From NCBI GenBank assembly GCA_030537595.1, contig JAUNVR010000001.1:79526-143525 (forward strand): DNA of 64,000 nucleotides, written 5' to 3'. Every line of letters starts with the position of its first letter. Within the stretch, counting starts at the first letter, position 1. The position numbers and the translations under genes are program-made. The notes under the pieces are model-generated. The model was not told the origin of the DNA, ran no database searches, and saw nothing but the letters and a program-made list of their open reading frames with translations. Below are positions 1 to 10,338 of this stretch, in pieces. Source of the stretch: Eubacteriales bacterium (lineage in GTDB: Bacteria > Bacillota > Clostridia > Saccharofermentanales > DTU023).

Positions 1-1300
1 TGCTAATTCGATGAAGATGCTCGACAACCTGATTCACCCAGTTTCAGTGATTAAGGAAGCTGAGGAGCTGGCAGCTGATGCTTTCGGAGCTGAGGCAGCT
101 TATTTTATTGTCAATGGGACCTCAGCTGCAGTGCAGGCGATGATTTTAGCGACCGTCAATCCCGGCGAAAAAATCATTATGCCGCGCAATGTGCACCGCT
201 CGGCAATTAATGCCTTAATCTTGGCTCGCGCGATTCCGATCTATGTTGATCCGGGGCTCAATGAGGAGCTAGGAATCCCGCTCGGCATGAGTTACGAAAA
301 GGTCGCTGCAGCGATTTCTGAGCACCCCGATGCGAAGGCAATTCTGGTCAATAATCCGACCTACTATGGGGTCTGTGCAAGGCTTGCAGAAATTACTGAA
401 CTGGCCCAGAGTAAGGGGCTAAAGGTCCTGGTCGATGAGGCCCACGGAACGCATTTTTATTTCTCAGAGGACCTACCTGCCGGAGCGATGGAGGTGGGAG
501 CTGATATGGCTGCCGTTTCACTGCATAAAACTGGTGGCTCACTGACCCAGTCCTCGCTCCTGTTAGCCGGGGAGGGGATGTCTGAAGACCTCGGTTACCT
601 GCGCCAGATTATTAATCTGACCCAAACCACCTCGGCCTCATACCTCCTGATGTCCTCTCTAGATATTTCTAGGCGCAATCTGGCCTTACGTGGGGAGGAG
701 ACTTTTTCGAAGCTTTTGGAATATGCTCGCTATGCGCGCAGCGAAATTAATAAAATCGGCGGTTTCAACGCCTTTGGCAAGGAGTTTTTAGACGGCGACG
801 CCTTCTATGACTTCGATGAAACTAAGCTTTCAATCCACACCCGGGCGATGGGTTTGGCCGGGATCGAGGTCTACGATTTACTGCGGGACGAGTATGAAAT
901 CCAGGCTGAGTTCGGTGACCTCGGTAACGTGTTGGCAATTCTCTCAATTGGTGATCGGCCAATGGCTGTGGAGCGCTTAATTGCTGCCTTAAGTGAGATT
1001 CGGCGGCGCTATGGGCGCGATCCTGAGGGCTTATTGGCTTCTGAGTATTTGGCCCCGAAGTTACTTTTAAGTCCGGCCGAGGCCTTCTATGCAAAGGCTG
1101 AGCAGCTCCCCTTAGAGGACTGTATCGGCAGGGTCGCCGGTGAATTCGTGATGTGTTACCCACCGGGGATCCCGATTCTCGCCCCGGGTGAAGAGGTGAC
1201 TGCGGAGGTTTTAAACTACATCGATTACGCAAAGGCCAAGGGGGCTTCAATGACGGGTACGGAAGATCTGGACTTGGAGCGCCTGAACGTGGTGAAGTGA
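1..1300 (+). CDS. speA: Orn/Lys/Arg decarboxylase family PLP enzyme, probable arginine decarboxylase; 5' end cut by window edge
   Basis: The frame is open from base 2. PLP-lysine motif SLHKTGGSLTQSS and VNGTSAAVQAMI are typical of the fold-I Orn/Lys/Arg decarboxylase major domain. About 60-70 N-terminal residues of the family are missing. speE and speB follow directly. Confidence 0.85.
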   Translation, partial: ANSMKMLDNLIHPVSVIKEAEELAADAFGAEAAYFIVNGTSAAVQAMILATVNPGEKIIMPRNVHRSAINALILARAIPIYVDPGLNEELGIPLGMSYEKVAAAISEHPDAKAILVNNPTYYGVCARLAEITELAQSKGLKVLVDEAHGTHFYFSEDLPAGAMEVGADMAAVSLHKTGGSLTQSSLLLAGEGMSEDLGYLRQIINLTQTTSASYLLMSSLDISRRNLALRGEETFSKLLEYARYARSEINKIGGFNAFGKEFLDGDAFYDFDETKLSIHTRAMGLAGIEVYDLLRDEYEIQAEFGDLGNVLAILSIGDRPMAVERLIAALSEIRRRYGRDPEGLLASEYLAPKLLLSPAEAFYAKAEQLPLEDCIGRVAGEFVMCYPPGIPILAPGEEVTAEVLNYIDYAKAKGASMTGTEDLDLERLNVVK

Positions 1301-1309
1301 GGTAAGTTA

Positions 1310-2173
1310 ATGAATCAGCTTTGGTATACAGAACAGCACACGGGTGGGGCGGGCTTCTCCTTTAAGGTCGAAGAGCAGCTCTGTTCACGGCGCTCGGAGT
1401 ATCAATTGATTGAGGTGTTTAAAACCCTCGAATTCGGCAACGTCCTGGTCATGGACGGCTGCATTATGCTGAGTGAAAAGGACGAGTTCATTTACCACGA
1501 AATGCTGGTTCACGTGCCCTTGGCGGTGCATCCAAAGCTGCGCCGCGTGCTGGTGGTCGGTGGTGGTGACGGCGGTATTTTAACCGAGCTGATCCGCTAC
1601 CCTGAGCTCGAGTCAATTGACTTAGTCGAGATTGACCGCGAAGTGGTCGAAGTTTCAAAGCTTTACTTTCCGAGCTTGGCGCAAGGCTTTGACGATCCCA
1701 GGGTTACAGTATATTACGATGACGGGCTACGCTTTGTGCGCCAGTCCGAAGCAAGTTATGATTTAATAATTGTCGATTCTACGGATCCTTTTGGCCCCGG
1801 TGAATCGCTGTTCACAAAGGAGTTTTACGGCAATTGCATGGCCAGACTAAACTCCGATGGTATCCTTGTTAACCAGCACGAGAGCCCCTACTACCGGGAA
1901 AATGCCCGCGAGGTCTCCTTAATTTATTCGAAGACTTCGGCAATTTTCCCCCTGGCTCGCTGCTACCAGGCACATATCCCGATGTATCCTTCAGGGCACT
2001 GGCTGTTCGGTTTCTTATCTTTAAAATATGATCCGATTAAAGACCATGACCCAGAGCGCTGGGAGGCGCGGGGGCTCAGCACCCGCTACTATAATTCAGA
2101 GCTGCATCGTGGCTGCTTTGCCTTACCAAATTATGTTCTGGATTTATTCAATGCAGCCTTAGATGAGGATTAA
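1310..2173 (+). CDS. speE: Spermidine synthase-type aminopropyltransferase
   Basis: 287 aa. VVGGGDGG nucleotide loop and DLIIVDSTDPFGPGESLF motif. Starts 9 nt after the decarboxylase stop. Confidence 0.9.
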   Translation: MNQLWYTEQHTGGAGFSFKVEEQLCSRRSEYQLIEVFKTLEFGNVLVMDGCIMLSEKDEFIYHEMLVHVPLAVHPKLRRVLVVGGGDGGILTELIRYPELESIDLVEIDREVVEVSKLYFPSLAQGFDDPRVTVYYDDGLRFVRQSEASYDLIIVDSTDPFGPGESLFTKEFYGNCMARLNSDGILVNQHESPYYRENAREVSLIYSKTSAIFPLARCYQAHIPMYPSGHWLFGFLSLKYDPIKDHDPERWEARGLSTRYYNSELHRGCFALPNYVLDLFNAALDED

Positions 2174-2204
2174 ATCGAGCAAGCTTTAGACAGTGAGGTT
2201 CTAA

Positions 2205-3074
2205 ATGGATTTAGAAAATAGACCGAGTATCCCGCGTTTCTGCGGTTTTACACATGAGTATGAGGCGGCCGAATGGGTAATTTTTGGCGCGCCTTTCGAT
2301 GGGACTACGAGCTTTCGCCCGGGGACGAGATTTGCCCCGGAGAGAATGCGCGTCGAGTCCTGGGGCCTGGAGTCCTACTCACCCTACCAGGATCGTGACC
2401 TAGAGGAAATTTTAGTCCACGATGCTGGAGATTTAGAGCTGCCCTTTGGTAACCCGGAGCGGGCCTTAGAGCTGATCGAGGACTACACTAAGGAGCTGCT
2501 GCAGGACGCTAAGCATCCCGTGATGATTGGCGGGGAGCATCTTCTAACTTTGGCCACGGTGCGCGCGGTGCACGAGCGCTATCCTGATCTGGAGCTGCTG
2601 CATTTAGATGCGCATACGGATTTACGTAAGCAGTATCTGGGCGAGCGCCTCTCGCATGCGAATGTGATTAGATTAATTGCTGAGTTTATCGAGCCGGCCA
2701 AGATTCACTCTTTCGGGATTCGTTCGGGGCTCAAAGAGGAGTTCGACTTTGCCCGACAGAATATGGACTTCAACCCCTTCTCAATTCGCGGCATGGGTGA
2801 GAAGTTAAAGGCTCTAAAAGAGAGTGCTGCGCCGGTCTATCTGACCCTCGACTTAGACGTTTTAGACCCTTCGGTCTTTCCCGGGACAGGCACTCCGGAA
2901 CCTGGTGGACCAGATTTTCGGGAGCTTTTGACCGAGCTTTTATCCCTGCGCGGGCTGAATCTGGTCGGCTTTGACCTGATGGAGCTCTCCCCACCTTGGG
3001 ATGAGAGCGGCATTTCAACTGCCGCCGCAGCGAAGTTGCTGCGTGAGCTGCTTTTAATTGCGACTGCTCCATAA
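2205..3074 (+). CDS. speB: Agmatinase / ureohydrolase family (agmatine or aminopropylagmatine ureohydrolase)
   Basis: 289 aa. Mn-ligand motifs GGEH, LDAHTD and LDLDVLDP of the arginase/agmatinase fold. Confidence 0.88.
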   Translation: MDLENRPSIPRFCGFTHEYEAAEWVIFGAPFDGTTSFRPGTRFAPERMRVESWGLESYSPYQDRDLEEILVHDAGDLELPFGNPERALELIEDYTKELLQDAKHPVMIGGEHLLTLATVRAVHERYPDLELLHLDAHTDLRKQYLGERLSHANVIRLIAEFIEPAKIHSFGIRSGLKEEFDFARQNMDFNPFSIRGMGEKLKALKESAAPVYLTLDLDVLDPSVFPGTGTPEPGGPDFRELLTELLSLRGLNLVGFDLMELSPPWDESGISTAAAAKLLRELLLIATAP

Positions 3075-3145
3075 GCTAGTGGCTTTGAAAAGATTTTAGA
3101 ACCCGGCAGTTTAGACTTAGAGGAAGGTTGAAAAAGGAGGTAATA

Positions 3146-3526
3146 ATGCATTTTTTAATTTCCTGGTTAATTACAACCCTGCTTTTTTACGGCTTTTCTG
3201 AGCTGGGTGTTTTGATTAAGGTGAGCAGTTTTTCTGCGGCCTTACAATTGAGTTTCTTCTTTGCGCTCTTTTATCTGATTTTGCGCCTCTTGGCTTTCTC
3301 CCTAAAGCTTACGGGCTGCCTGACTTTGGGGATTGGCTACCTGGTCGGGCTAGTGATTCAGATGATTGCCTATCCGCTAGCTCTCCTCCATGCTTCCGAG
3401 CATAGTCAGGGGGTTTCCTCTGTGAGCTTTTTGCAGGCGGTAATCCTCTCAATCTTGGTGATTGCCCTGCGGGATGCAATTTTGCAAAGGCTTGACGAGA
3501 AAACGAAGAAAAAACGTATCTTTTAG
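3146..3526 (+). CDS. Small 4-TM membrane protein, possibly DUF360 / phage-holin-4_2-like
   Basis: The ORF track starts at TTG 3128, but ATG 3146 sits 6 nt after AAGGAGG (3134-3140). Four hydrophobic segments. The layout resembles YvlD/DUF360 proteins. Confidence 0.45.
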   Translation: MHFLISWLITTLLFYGFSELGVLIKVSSFSAALQLSFFFALFYLILRLLAFSLKLTGCLTLGIGYLVGLVIQMIAYPLALLHASEHSQGVSSVSFLQAVILSILVIALRDAILQRLDEKTKKKRIF

Positions 3527-3622
3527 ACTTTCTTTCAGGCTTAAATTAAGGGAAACTGTGATAAGCTTGTCAGGATAGATAAATAATAAATTTTAATGAA
3601 TAGATTTTTCAAGGAGGATGCT

Positions 3623-4822
3623 ATGGCAAAAACCCTAGTTATCGGTGCAGGTGGAGTGGCAACTGTTGCCGTTCATAAAATGGTCCAGAATTCTAAAACT
3701 TTTCCCGAGTTCATGATTGCCTCAAGAACCAAGGCAAGATGTGACGCTTTGGCCAAGTCTTTAGAGGGCAAGGGCAGCAAGATCGAAACCGCTGCTGTCG
3801 ACGCTGACAATACGGCAGAAGTTGTCGAATTGATTCGCGCTTATCAGCCGGAGGTGCTTTTAAACCTGGCCCTTCCGTACCAGGATTTGACCTTAATGGA
3901 TGCCTGCCTGGAAACTGGCACGCACTATGTCGATACAGCCAACTATGAGCCGAAGGATACGGCTAAGTTTGAGTACAAATGGCAGTGGGCCTACCGTGAC
4001 CGCTTTAAGGAAAAGGGCCTAACCGCAATCCTCGGCAGTGGCTTTGATCCGGGTGTGACTGGGGTCTTCTCTGCCTATGCGCAGAAGCATCATTTTGATA
4101 GCATCCGCCAGATTGATATCCTCGATTGCAATGGTGGTGACCACGGTTATCCCTTTGCGACCAACTTTAATCCAGAGATCAATATTCGCGAAGTCTCGGC
4201 AAATGGCCGTTACTGGGAAAAGGGCGAGTTTATTGAAACTGCTCCGATGGAGATTAAGCGTAGCTACAATTTTGAAGAAGTTGGGGAAAAGGACATGTAC
4301 CTGCTCTATCACGAGGAGCTGGAGTCTTTGGCCGAGAATATCAAGGGGATTGAAAGAATTCGCTTCTTCATGACCTTTGGTGAGTCCTATTTACGCCACT
4401 TGAACTGCCTGATTAATGTCGGCATGACCTCGATTGAGCCGATTCAATTCCAGGGCCAGGAGATTATCCCCTTGCAGTTCCTCCAGGCAGTTTTACCCGA
4501 TCCCTCATCACTGGGTCCGAGAACTAAGGGTAAGACCAATATTGGCTGCATCTTCCAGGGCCAAAAGGACGGCAAAGAAAAGCTTTATCGCCTCTTTAAT
4601 ATCTGTGATCACGAGGCTTGCTACCGTGAGACTGGTGCTCAGGCCGTGTCCTATACGACTGGTGTGCCGGCGATGATTGGCACCTCCTTAGTGCTCAGCG
4701 GCGAGTGGAAGAAACCTGGTGTCCACAACGTTGAGGAGATGGATCCGGATCCCTTTATGCAGATGTTAAATGAATATGGACTGCCCTGGCAGGAAGACTT
4801 TAATCCGACCCTGGTTCCATAG
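3623..4822 (+). CDS. Carboxynorspermidine/carboxyspermidine dehydrogenase (saccharopine dehydrogenase family)
   Basis: ATG 3623 is preceded by AAGGAGG (3611-3617). VIGAGGVA Rossmann loop, GSGFDPGV, GGDHGYPFATNFNPEIN and SYTTGVPAM are colinear with the Vibrio CANSDH as I recall it. Confidence 0.88.
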   Translation: MAKTLVIGAGGVATVAVHKMVQNSKTFPEFMIASRTKARCDALAKSLEGKGSKIETAAVDADNTAEVVELIRAYQPEVLLNLALPYQDLTLMDACLETGTHYVDTANYEPKDTAKFEYKWQWAYRDRFKEKGLTAILGSGFDPGVTGVFSAYAQKHHFDSIRQIDILDCNGGDHGYPFATNFNPEINIREVSANGRYWEKGEFIETAPMEIKRSYNFEEVGEKDMYLLYHEELESLAENIKGIERIRFFMTFGESYLRHLNCLINVGMTSIEPIQFQGQEIIPLQFLQAVLPDPSSLGPRTKGKTNIGCIFQGQKDGKEKLYRLFNICDHEACYRETGAQAVSYTTGVPAMIGTSLVLSGEWKKPGVHNVEEMDPDPFMQMLNEYGLPWQEDFNPTLVP

Positions 4823-4933
4823 TTAATCAGTTTAAGCACTCGAGTCTCAATGAATTCTTGGCTCGAGGATAGTTCTTAGAGCTTGCGCCGGTGCACAATG
4901 TGCCCGGCGCTCAGCGCCTATAAGGAGATTTTT

Positions 4934-6271
4934 ATGTCGGCAGAGAAAATTCAGGCTTTATTGGAAAAGCAGGCAAACTTAGCCGCCTTGCGGACGCGTT
5001 TGGCCCCTTCGGAGATTGATTTTACGACTTTTGATTCACCGGCCTTTATTACCGATGAGCGCTTGTTGAGGGCGAATCTGGAGCTCTTAAAAGAGCTAGC
5101 TGAATTGGCCGGAGTAAAAATTCTCCTCGCTCAGAAGGCTTATTCGCTTTATGAGACCTACCCGCTGATTGCAGAGTACTTAGCTGGTGCTGCAGCCTCG
5201 GGCTACAATGAGGCGCGCCTCGCCTATGAGGCGATGGGTAAAGAAGTTCAGGTCTATTCACCAGCCTATGCCCCAGGGGAGCTCGAGGCGGTCCTGCCCT
5301 GTGTCGACAAGCTGATTTTTAACCGCTACCGGCAAATCATTGAGGCCTTACCCCTGGTCGAGGCGGAACGAGCAAGGCGAAGAGCAAGCGGAGATAGCCG
5401 TGAATTAAGTATTGGTCTACGCCTGAATCCAGAGTATTCCGAGGTTGAAACTGACCTTTATAATCCGGCCGCTCCAGGCTCGCGTCTGGGTACGACAGCA
5501 AGTCTTTTGGCTCAGGATTTAGCGGCCTACGCTTTAGAGCGCGGGCTGCCAGAGGATTCAAAGGAGCTCTACGCTCCGCTTTCCGGCATCCATCTGCACT
5601 GCCTTTGCGAAGAGAACTTCCAGCCCCTAAAAGGGGTGGTCGACGCGCTCGAAGCCAAGTTCCCTGAACTTTTAAAGCAGGTCGAGTGGGTCAATCTCGG
5701 TGGAGGTCACCATCTGACCCGGGCGGACTATGATTTAAAGGCCTTAGTGCCCTTCTTACGCGAGTTCAAGGCGCGGCATAATTTAGCGGAAGTCTACCTC
5801 GAGCCGGGTGAGGCCATTTGCTATGATGCCGGCTGGTTACTTTGCTCTGTTCTCGACTTCCAGCCGAATCAGCTAGTTAATGCTATACTAGATGTTTCTG
5901 CGACCTGCCACACTCCCGATGTCCTAGAGATGCCCTACCGGCCACGGCTCTTTGCCGTCAAGGATCGCGAAGTGCTAGCGGGGGAGGCAGCGGAGCTCGC
6001 TTACAGCTATCGCCTCGGCGGACCTTCCTGTTTGGCCGGCGATAGTTTCGGGGATTATAGCTTTGGCGTGGAATTGGCACGTGGTGACCGTCTGGTCTTT
6101 TGCGACATGGCCCTATACACCCATGTTAAGACGACGATGTTTAACGGGATGGCTCACCCTGACTTAGTCCTCTACCGAGGACCGAATCAGCCGCCGCGTC
6201 TACTCAAGCGCTTTGGCTTTAAGGACTTTGCCGCCCGGCTCGGAGGGAGCGACCCGGCGGAGCAGAAATAG
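4934..6271 (+). CDS. nspC: Carboxynorspermidine/carboxyspermidine decarboxylase
   Basis: ATG 4934 follows AAGGAG. LLAQKAYS (PLP lysine region), NLGGGHHLT and EPGEA motifs. About 445 aa, longer than the roughly 380 aa typical of the family. Confidence 0.85.
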   Translation: MSAEKIQALLEKQANLAALRTRLAPSEIDFTTFDSPAFITDERLLRANLELLKELAELAGVKILLAQKAYSLYETYPLIAEYLAGAAASGYNEARLAYEAMGKEVQVYSPAYAPGELEAVLPCVDKLIFNRYRQIIEALPLVEAERARRRASGDSRELSIGLRLNPEYSEVETDLYNPAAPGSRLGTTASLLAQDLAAYALERGLPEDSKELYAPLSGIHLHCLCEENFQPLKGVVDALEAKFPELLKQVEWVNLGGGHHLTRADYDLKALVPFLREFKARHNLAEVYLEPGEAICYDAGWLLCSVLDFQPNQLVNAILDVSATCHTPDVLEMPYRPRLFAVKDREVLAGEAAELAYSYRLGGPSCLAGDSFGDYSFGVELARGDRLVFCDMALYTHVKTTMFNGMAHPDLVLYRGPNQPPRLLKRFGFKDFAARLGGSDPAEQK

Positions 6272-6372
6272 TTTAGTCCTGCGAGAACTTTTTCTGGCAG
6301 AACTGAGCTGAAAAGACGAGCAGAATAGAGAGAATGTAGAGGGAAGTAGAGAAAGAAGGCTAGAGAAGAAGG

Positions 6373-7749
6373 ATGCGTCTAGGTTTTAGATTAAAAAGGA
6401 GTAATTTAACCGAGGGGGTCATTTGGAAGCAGTTGCTGCTCTTTGCCCTGCCTCTTTTATTAACTAATTTTTTGCAGCAACTTTATAATGCTGCCGACCT
6501 TTTAATTGTCGGGCGTTATGCCGGCAAGGAGGCGATGGCAGGTGTCGGCGCGACTGGCTCGGTTTCGATGATGTTAATCGGGCTCTTCATGGGCTTGGCG
6601 ACAGGTGTCTCGGTGCTGGTCGCCCAGTTCTATGGCGGTGAGGACTATGATTCGCTCTACCACACTGTCCACACCGCACATGCAGTGGCACTGGCGAGTG
6701 GTTTACTCTTGACCGTTGCGGGTTGGTTTTTAGCACCGACCCTCCTGGAGCTGATGCAGACCCCGGAAGACATCATGCAAGGCGCAACTGCTTATATGCG
6801 CCTATTTTTCCTCGGCATTATCCCGCTCCTAATCTACAATATGGGGGCGGGTATTTTACGGGCGACCGGCGACTCACAGCGGCCTTTCATCTTTCTTTTA
6901 ATCTCCGCGACGGGCAATATTATTTTTGACTTTATCTTTGTTAAGTACTGGAACTGGGGCATTAAGGGTGCAGCCTGGGCGACCGTGCTTTCACAGACGA
7001 TTGCGGCGCTTGCAGTAATTGTCACCCTGGTTCGTTCAGATGAACCCTTCCGCCTCTTTTTGCGCGATATCCGAATTAACTTTGACTTTTTACAGCGGAT
7101 TTTAGCCGTTGGTCTGCCTGCCGGAATGCAGTCAGTCGTAATCTCTTTGTCGAATGTTCTAATTCAATCTAAGATTAACTCCTTTGGCTCCGATGCGATT
7201 GCTGGTATTGCAGCCGCCGGGCGAATTGACGGCTTTATCTTTACCGGGCTGCAGGCCATTTCTTTGGCCGCTACGACCTTTGCTGGCCAAAACCTCGGGG
7301 CAGGTCTTTATCGCCGCTTAAAGCAGGGGGCAAAGTCTGCGGTGGCACTAGTCTCCGGCATTGCCTTTGTGCTTTCGGCCATGGTTTTGACCTTCCGGCA
7401 TCAGCTGATTGGGGTTTTCAACTCGGATCCGAATGTGCAGTATTATGGCTTGAGAATGATGCTCTTTTTGGCCTCGACATACTGGGTCTTTGGCATCTCG
7501 GATGTCCTAGCCGGCTTCGTGCGAGGGACCGGGAAGAGCTTGCCTCCGATGATTATCGCCCTGGTCTCGATGTGCGGATTAAGAATTCTCTGGCTCTATA
7601 TCGCCCTGCCGCTCTGGGACTCAATTGATGTAATTATCTTATCTTATCCAATTTCCTGGTCAGTCACTTTAATTGCCAATTTCATCTACTTTAAATTTGG
7701 CAAATGGTTGCCCAAAGAAGTCCAAAAAGTGAGCGAGATGGAGCTCTAA
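6373..7749 (+). CDS. MATE family efflux transporter
   Basis: 458 aa with 12 predicted TM segments. The N-terminus (WKQLLLFALPLLLTNFLQQLYNAADLLIVGR) is typical of the MATE/NorM family. Confidence 0.85.
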   Translation: MRLGFRLKRSNLTEGVIWKQLLLFALPLLLTNFLQQLYNAADLLIVGRYAGKEAMAGVGATGSVSMMLIGLFMGLATGVSVLVAQFYGGEDYDSLYHTVHTAHAVALASGLLLTVAGWFLAPTLLELMQTPEDIMQGATAYMRLFFLGIIPLLIYNMGAGILRATGDSQRPFIFLLISATGNIIFDFIFVKYWNWGIKGAAWATVLSQTIAALAVIVTLVRSDEPFRLFLRDIRINFDFLQRILAVGLPAGMQSVVISLSNVLIQSKINSFGSDAIAGIAAAGRIDGFIFTGLQAISLAATTFAGQNLGAGLYRRLKQGAKSAVALVSGIAFVLSAMVLTFRHQLIGVFNSDPNVQYYGLRMMLFLASTYWVFGISDVLAGFVRGTGKSLPPMIIALVSMCGLRILWLYIALPLWDSIDVIILSYPISWSVTLIANFIYFKFGKWLPKEVQKVSEMEL

Positions 7750-7807
7750 TATCCCAGGCTCAGCTGGACTGTCGGGGGCTTTCCTTAAGCCTTAGAAAAA
7801 TCTCGTA

Positions 7808-7816
7808 TGGTATAAT
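7808..7816 (+). promoter_or_regulatory. Extended -10 element (TGgTATAAT) upstream of lon
   Basis: TG at 7808-7809 and TATAAT at 7811-7816, about 33 nt before the lon start. No good -35 hexamer. Confidence 0.4.
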
Positions 7817-7848
7817 AATTCATTGAAAGGTAGGCCTGTCTATAAGCA

Positions 7849-10302
7849 ATGATTGATAAACTTGAATTAAAAAAATTGGAGGGTGAAGCACTACCCCTTT
7901 TACCTTTACGGAATGTGGTTCTATTTCCCCACACCCGCCTAACCTTTGAGGTCTCGCGTGAGCTCGGGAAGCTGGCGGTTACCCATGCCTTAAAAGGCAA
8001 TCGGAAGGTTATCGCCGTCTGCCAGAAGGACCCCTATATTGAAGAACCGGAAATTTCTGAATTTTACCCGATTGCGACAGTTGCCGAACTGGACGTTGTT
8101 GTCGATGAAGAAGATGGGACGCTCAGAGTTTCCTGCCTCGGCCTCTCACGCTGTGAATTCAGCAATATAGAGCAGGTCGAAAAGCCCGGTGAGGGAACGG
8201 AGAAGCCCTTTTATTACACGGCCAAAGCCCAGCTTCTGGAGCCCTTCTTTAAAGCAGATATTAATGCTGAGAGAATGCGCAAAACCATGCGCAAGACTTT
8301 GAGCAGACTGTTTAAGAAGGTTGCGCCCTCAATTGGTGAATTGTCGCGCGATGTAATCTGGCTGATCCAAAGCACCGAGGACAATATGCAGGTGATGGAT
8401 ATTATCTGCTCCATCCTCGATCTGGAATATACCGAGCGCTATGACCTCTTGACGATCCTCGATGGCGACCTCAGAATGCAGCGGCTGGTCGAGCTAATGC
8501 ACGAGGAGCTGGAAATCTGGAAGATGGGCCGCAATCTCTCGCGCTCAGTCGAGAAGAACCTCGAGGGCAATCAGCGAAAGATCATGATTCGTGAGCAGAT
8601 TAAGGCCCTCGAAGCAGAACTCGGTGATGGTGGCAATCCGGAAATTGAGAATTTAGCCAAGCGCCTTGAAGATAGCAAGATGAAGGAAGAGGACAAGGTC
8701 AAGGTCCGCAAGGAAATTGACCGCCTGCGTCGGATTCCGGAAAGCTTCCCTGAGGCGCTGGTCCAGCGCAATTGGATCGAGCTGCTTCTAGACCTGCCCT
8801 TTGGTGAGATGAACGATGAGATTATCGACCTCGATTCAGCCCAGAAGGTCCTGGATCGTGACCACTATGGCTTAAAAAAGGTCAAAGAGAGAATCATCGA
8901 GTACATCGCGGTTCGGAAGCAGAAGACGAAGAGCGGAGACTTAACGGTCAAAGGCCCCATTCTCTGCATCGTCGGACCTCCGGGCGTCGGTAAAACTTCG
9001 ATTGCGCGTTCCGTAGCCGCTGCGCTAGGGCGCGAATATGTGCGCATGTCCCTCGGCGGAGTTCGCGACGAGGCAGAAATCCGTGGCCACCGCAGAACCT
9101 ATGTTGGCGCAATGCCGGGCCGGGTCATCCAAGCCATTCGGAATGCTGGCTGCGACAATCCGCTGATTCTGCTTGACGAGGTCGATAAGCTGGGTCGGGA
9201 CTTCCGTGGCGATCCCTCCTCGGCTCTGCTTGAGGTCCTAGACCCTGAGCAGAACAGCAGTTTCCGCGATCACTATGTGGAACTCGAATATGACCTCTCC
9301 CACGTCCTCTTTATCACAACTGCAAATGCGATTGAAACAATCCCTGAGCCGCTCCTTGACCGAATGGAAATTATTGAAATTTCGGGCTATACGGAGGAGG
9401 AGAAGATGCAGATTGCGAAGCGTCACCTCCTGGCTAAGCAGCTGGCAGCAAATGGGCTGGAGAAGAAGCATCTGAGCCTGACTGACGGTGCTTACCACAG
9501 CCTGATCACAGGTCACACCAGCGAGGCTGGTGTGCGTCAACTCGAGCGTGAGCTGGCGGGTCTGTGCCGCAAAGTTGCAGTTAAACTAAGCCGTGACGAG
9601 GACTTTAGCGGAGTTAGAATTAATCAGAATAATCTAGATGAGTACGCCGGTAATCCGCGCTACAGCTTTGAGAAAGCTCTGAAAAAGGCCGAGGTCGGAA
9701 TGGCGACTGGCCTGGCTTGGACCTATGCCGGTGGCGACACTCTGACCATTGAAATAAATCATTATCCGGGTAGCGGCAAACTGCTTTTGACCGGTCGTTT
9801 GGGCGAGGTGATGAAAGAATCAGCCCAGGCCGCATTAAGCTATGTGCGCTCGCGCTGTAAAGAGCTGGAGATTCCGGAGGCATACTTTAGCCAACGTGAT
9901 GTCCACATCCACCTCCCGGCCGGAGCCGTGCCGAAAGATGGCCCCTCAGCCGGGATCACCTTGGCGACAGCCTTGGCCTCGGCCCTGAGCGAACGCCCAG
10001 TTAGAGCAGACCTTGCCATGACTGGTGAAATAACACTTCGTGGCCGCGTGATGCAGATTGGCGGCCTGAAAGAAAAGACGGTCGCAGCCAAGCGGGCCGG
10101 TATTAAGGAAGTTTTAATTCCCAAAGACAATGAGCGGGAAATTAAAGAAGAGGTACCGGAAACAGTTCAGAACAGCCTGAAAATTACCCCGGTCGAACAT
10201 ATGGACGAGGTCCTGAAGCTGGCCTTATTACCGGCGGAGAAATCTCCACAGGCCAAGGCTGTAAAGCAAGACTCTGGTCCAGCGGAAAAAAGCTCCAAAT
10301 AA
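7849..10302 (+). CDS. lon: ATP-dependent Lon protease
   Basis: 817 aa. [14 protein letters not shown]-domain, Walker [10 protein letters not shown] and catalytic serine motif [10 protein letters not shown]. Confidence 0.95.
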   Translation: MIDKLELKKLEGEALPLLPLRNVVLFPHTRLTFEVSRELGKLAVTHALKGNRKVIAVCQKDPYIEEPEISEFYPIATVAELDVVVDEEDGTLRVSCLGLSRCEFSNIEQVEKPGEGTEKPFYYTAKAQLLEPFFKADINAERMRKTMRKTLSRLFKKVAPSIGELSRDVIWLIQSTEDNMQVMDIICSILDLEYTERYDLLTILDGDLRMQRLVELMHEELEIWKMGRNLSRSVEKNLEGNQRKIMIREQIKALEAELGDGGNPEIENLAKRLEDSKMKEEDKVKVRKEIDRLRRIPESFPEALVQRNWIELLLDLPFGEMNDEIIDLDSAQKVLDRDHYGLKKVKERIIEYIAVRKQKTKSGDLTVKGPILCIVGPPGVGKTSIARSVAAALGREYVRMSLGGVRDEAEIRGHRRTYVGAMPGRVIQAIRNAGCDNPLILLDEVDKLGRDFRGDPSSALLEVLDPEQNSSFRDHYVELEYDLSHVLFITTANAIETIPEPLLDRMEIIEISGYTEEEKMQIAKRHLLAKQLAANGLEKKHLSLTDGAYHSLITGHTSEAGVRQLERELAGLCRKVAVKLSRDEDFSGVRINQNNLDEYAGNPRYSFEKALKKAEVGMATGLAWTYAGGDTLTIEINHYPGSGKLLLTGRLGEVMKESAQAALSYVRSRCKELEIPEAYFSQRDVHIHLPAGAVPKDGPSAGITLATALASALSERPVRADLAMTGEITLRGRVMQIGGLKEKTVAAKRAGIKEVLIPKDNEREIKEEVPETVQNSLKITPVEHMDEVLKLALLPAEKSPQAKAVKQDSGPAEKSSK

Positions 10303-10338
10303 GGGGCAGTTGAGCTGCAGTAGCAGCAAGGAGGAGCT

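Noticed and set aside
822-1250. 142-aa minus-strand ORF inside the decarboxylase gene
   Set aside because: It is antisense to a gene with clear PLP-enzyme motifs. The product is Pro/Arg/Ser-rich low complexity.
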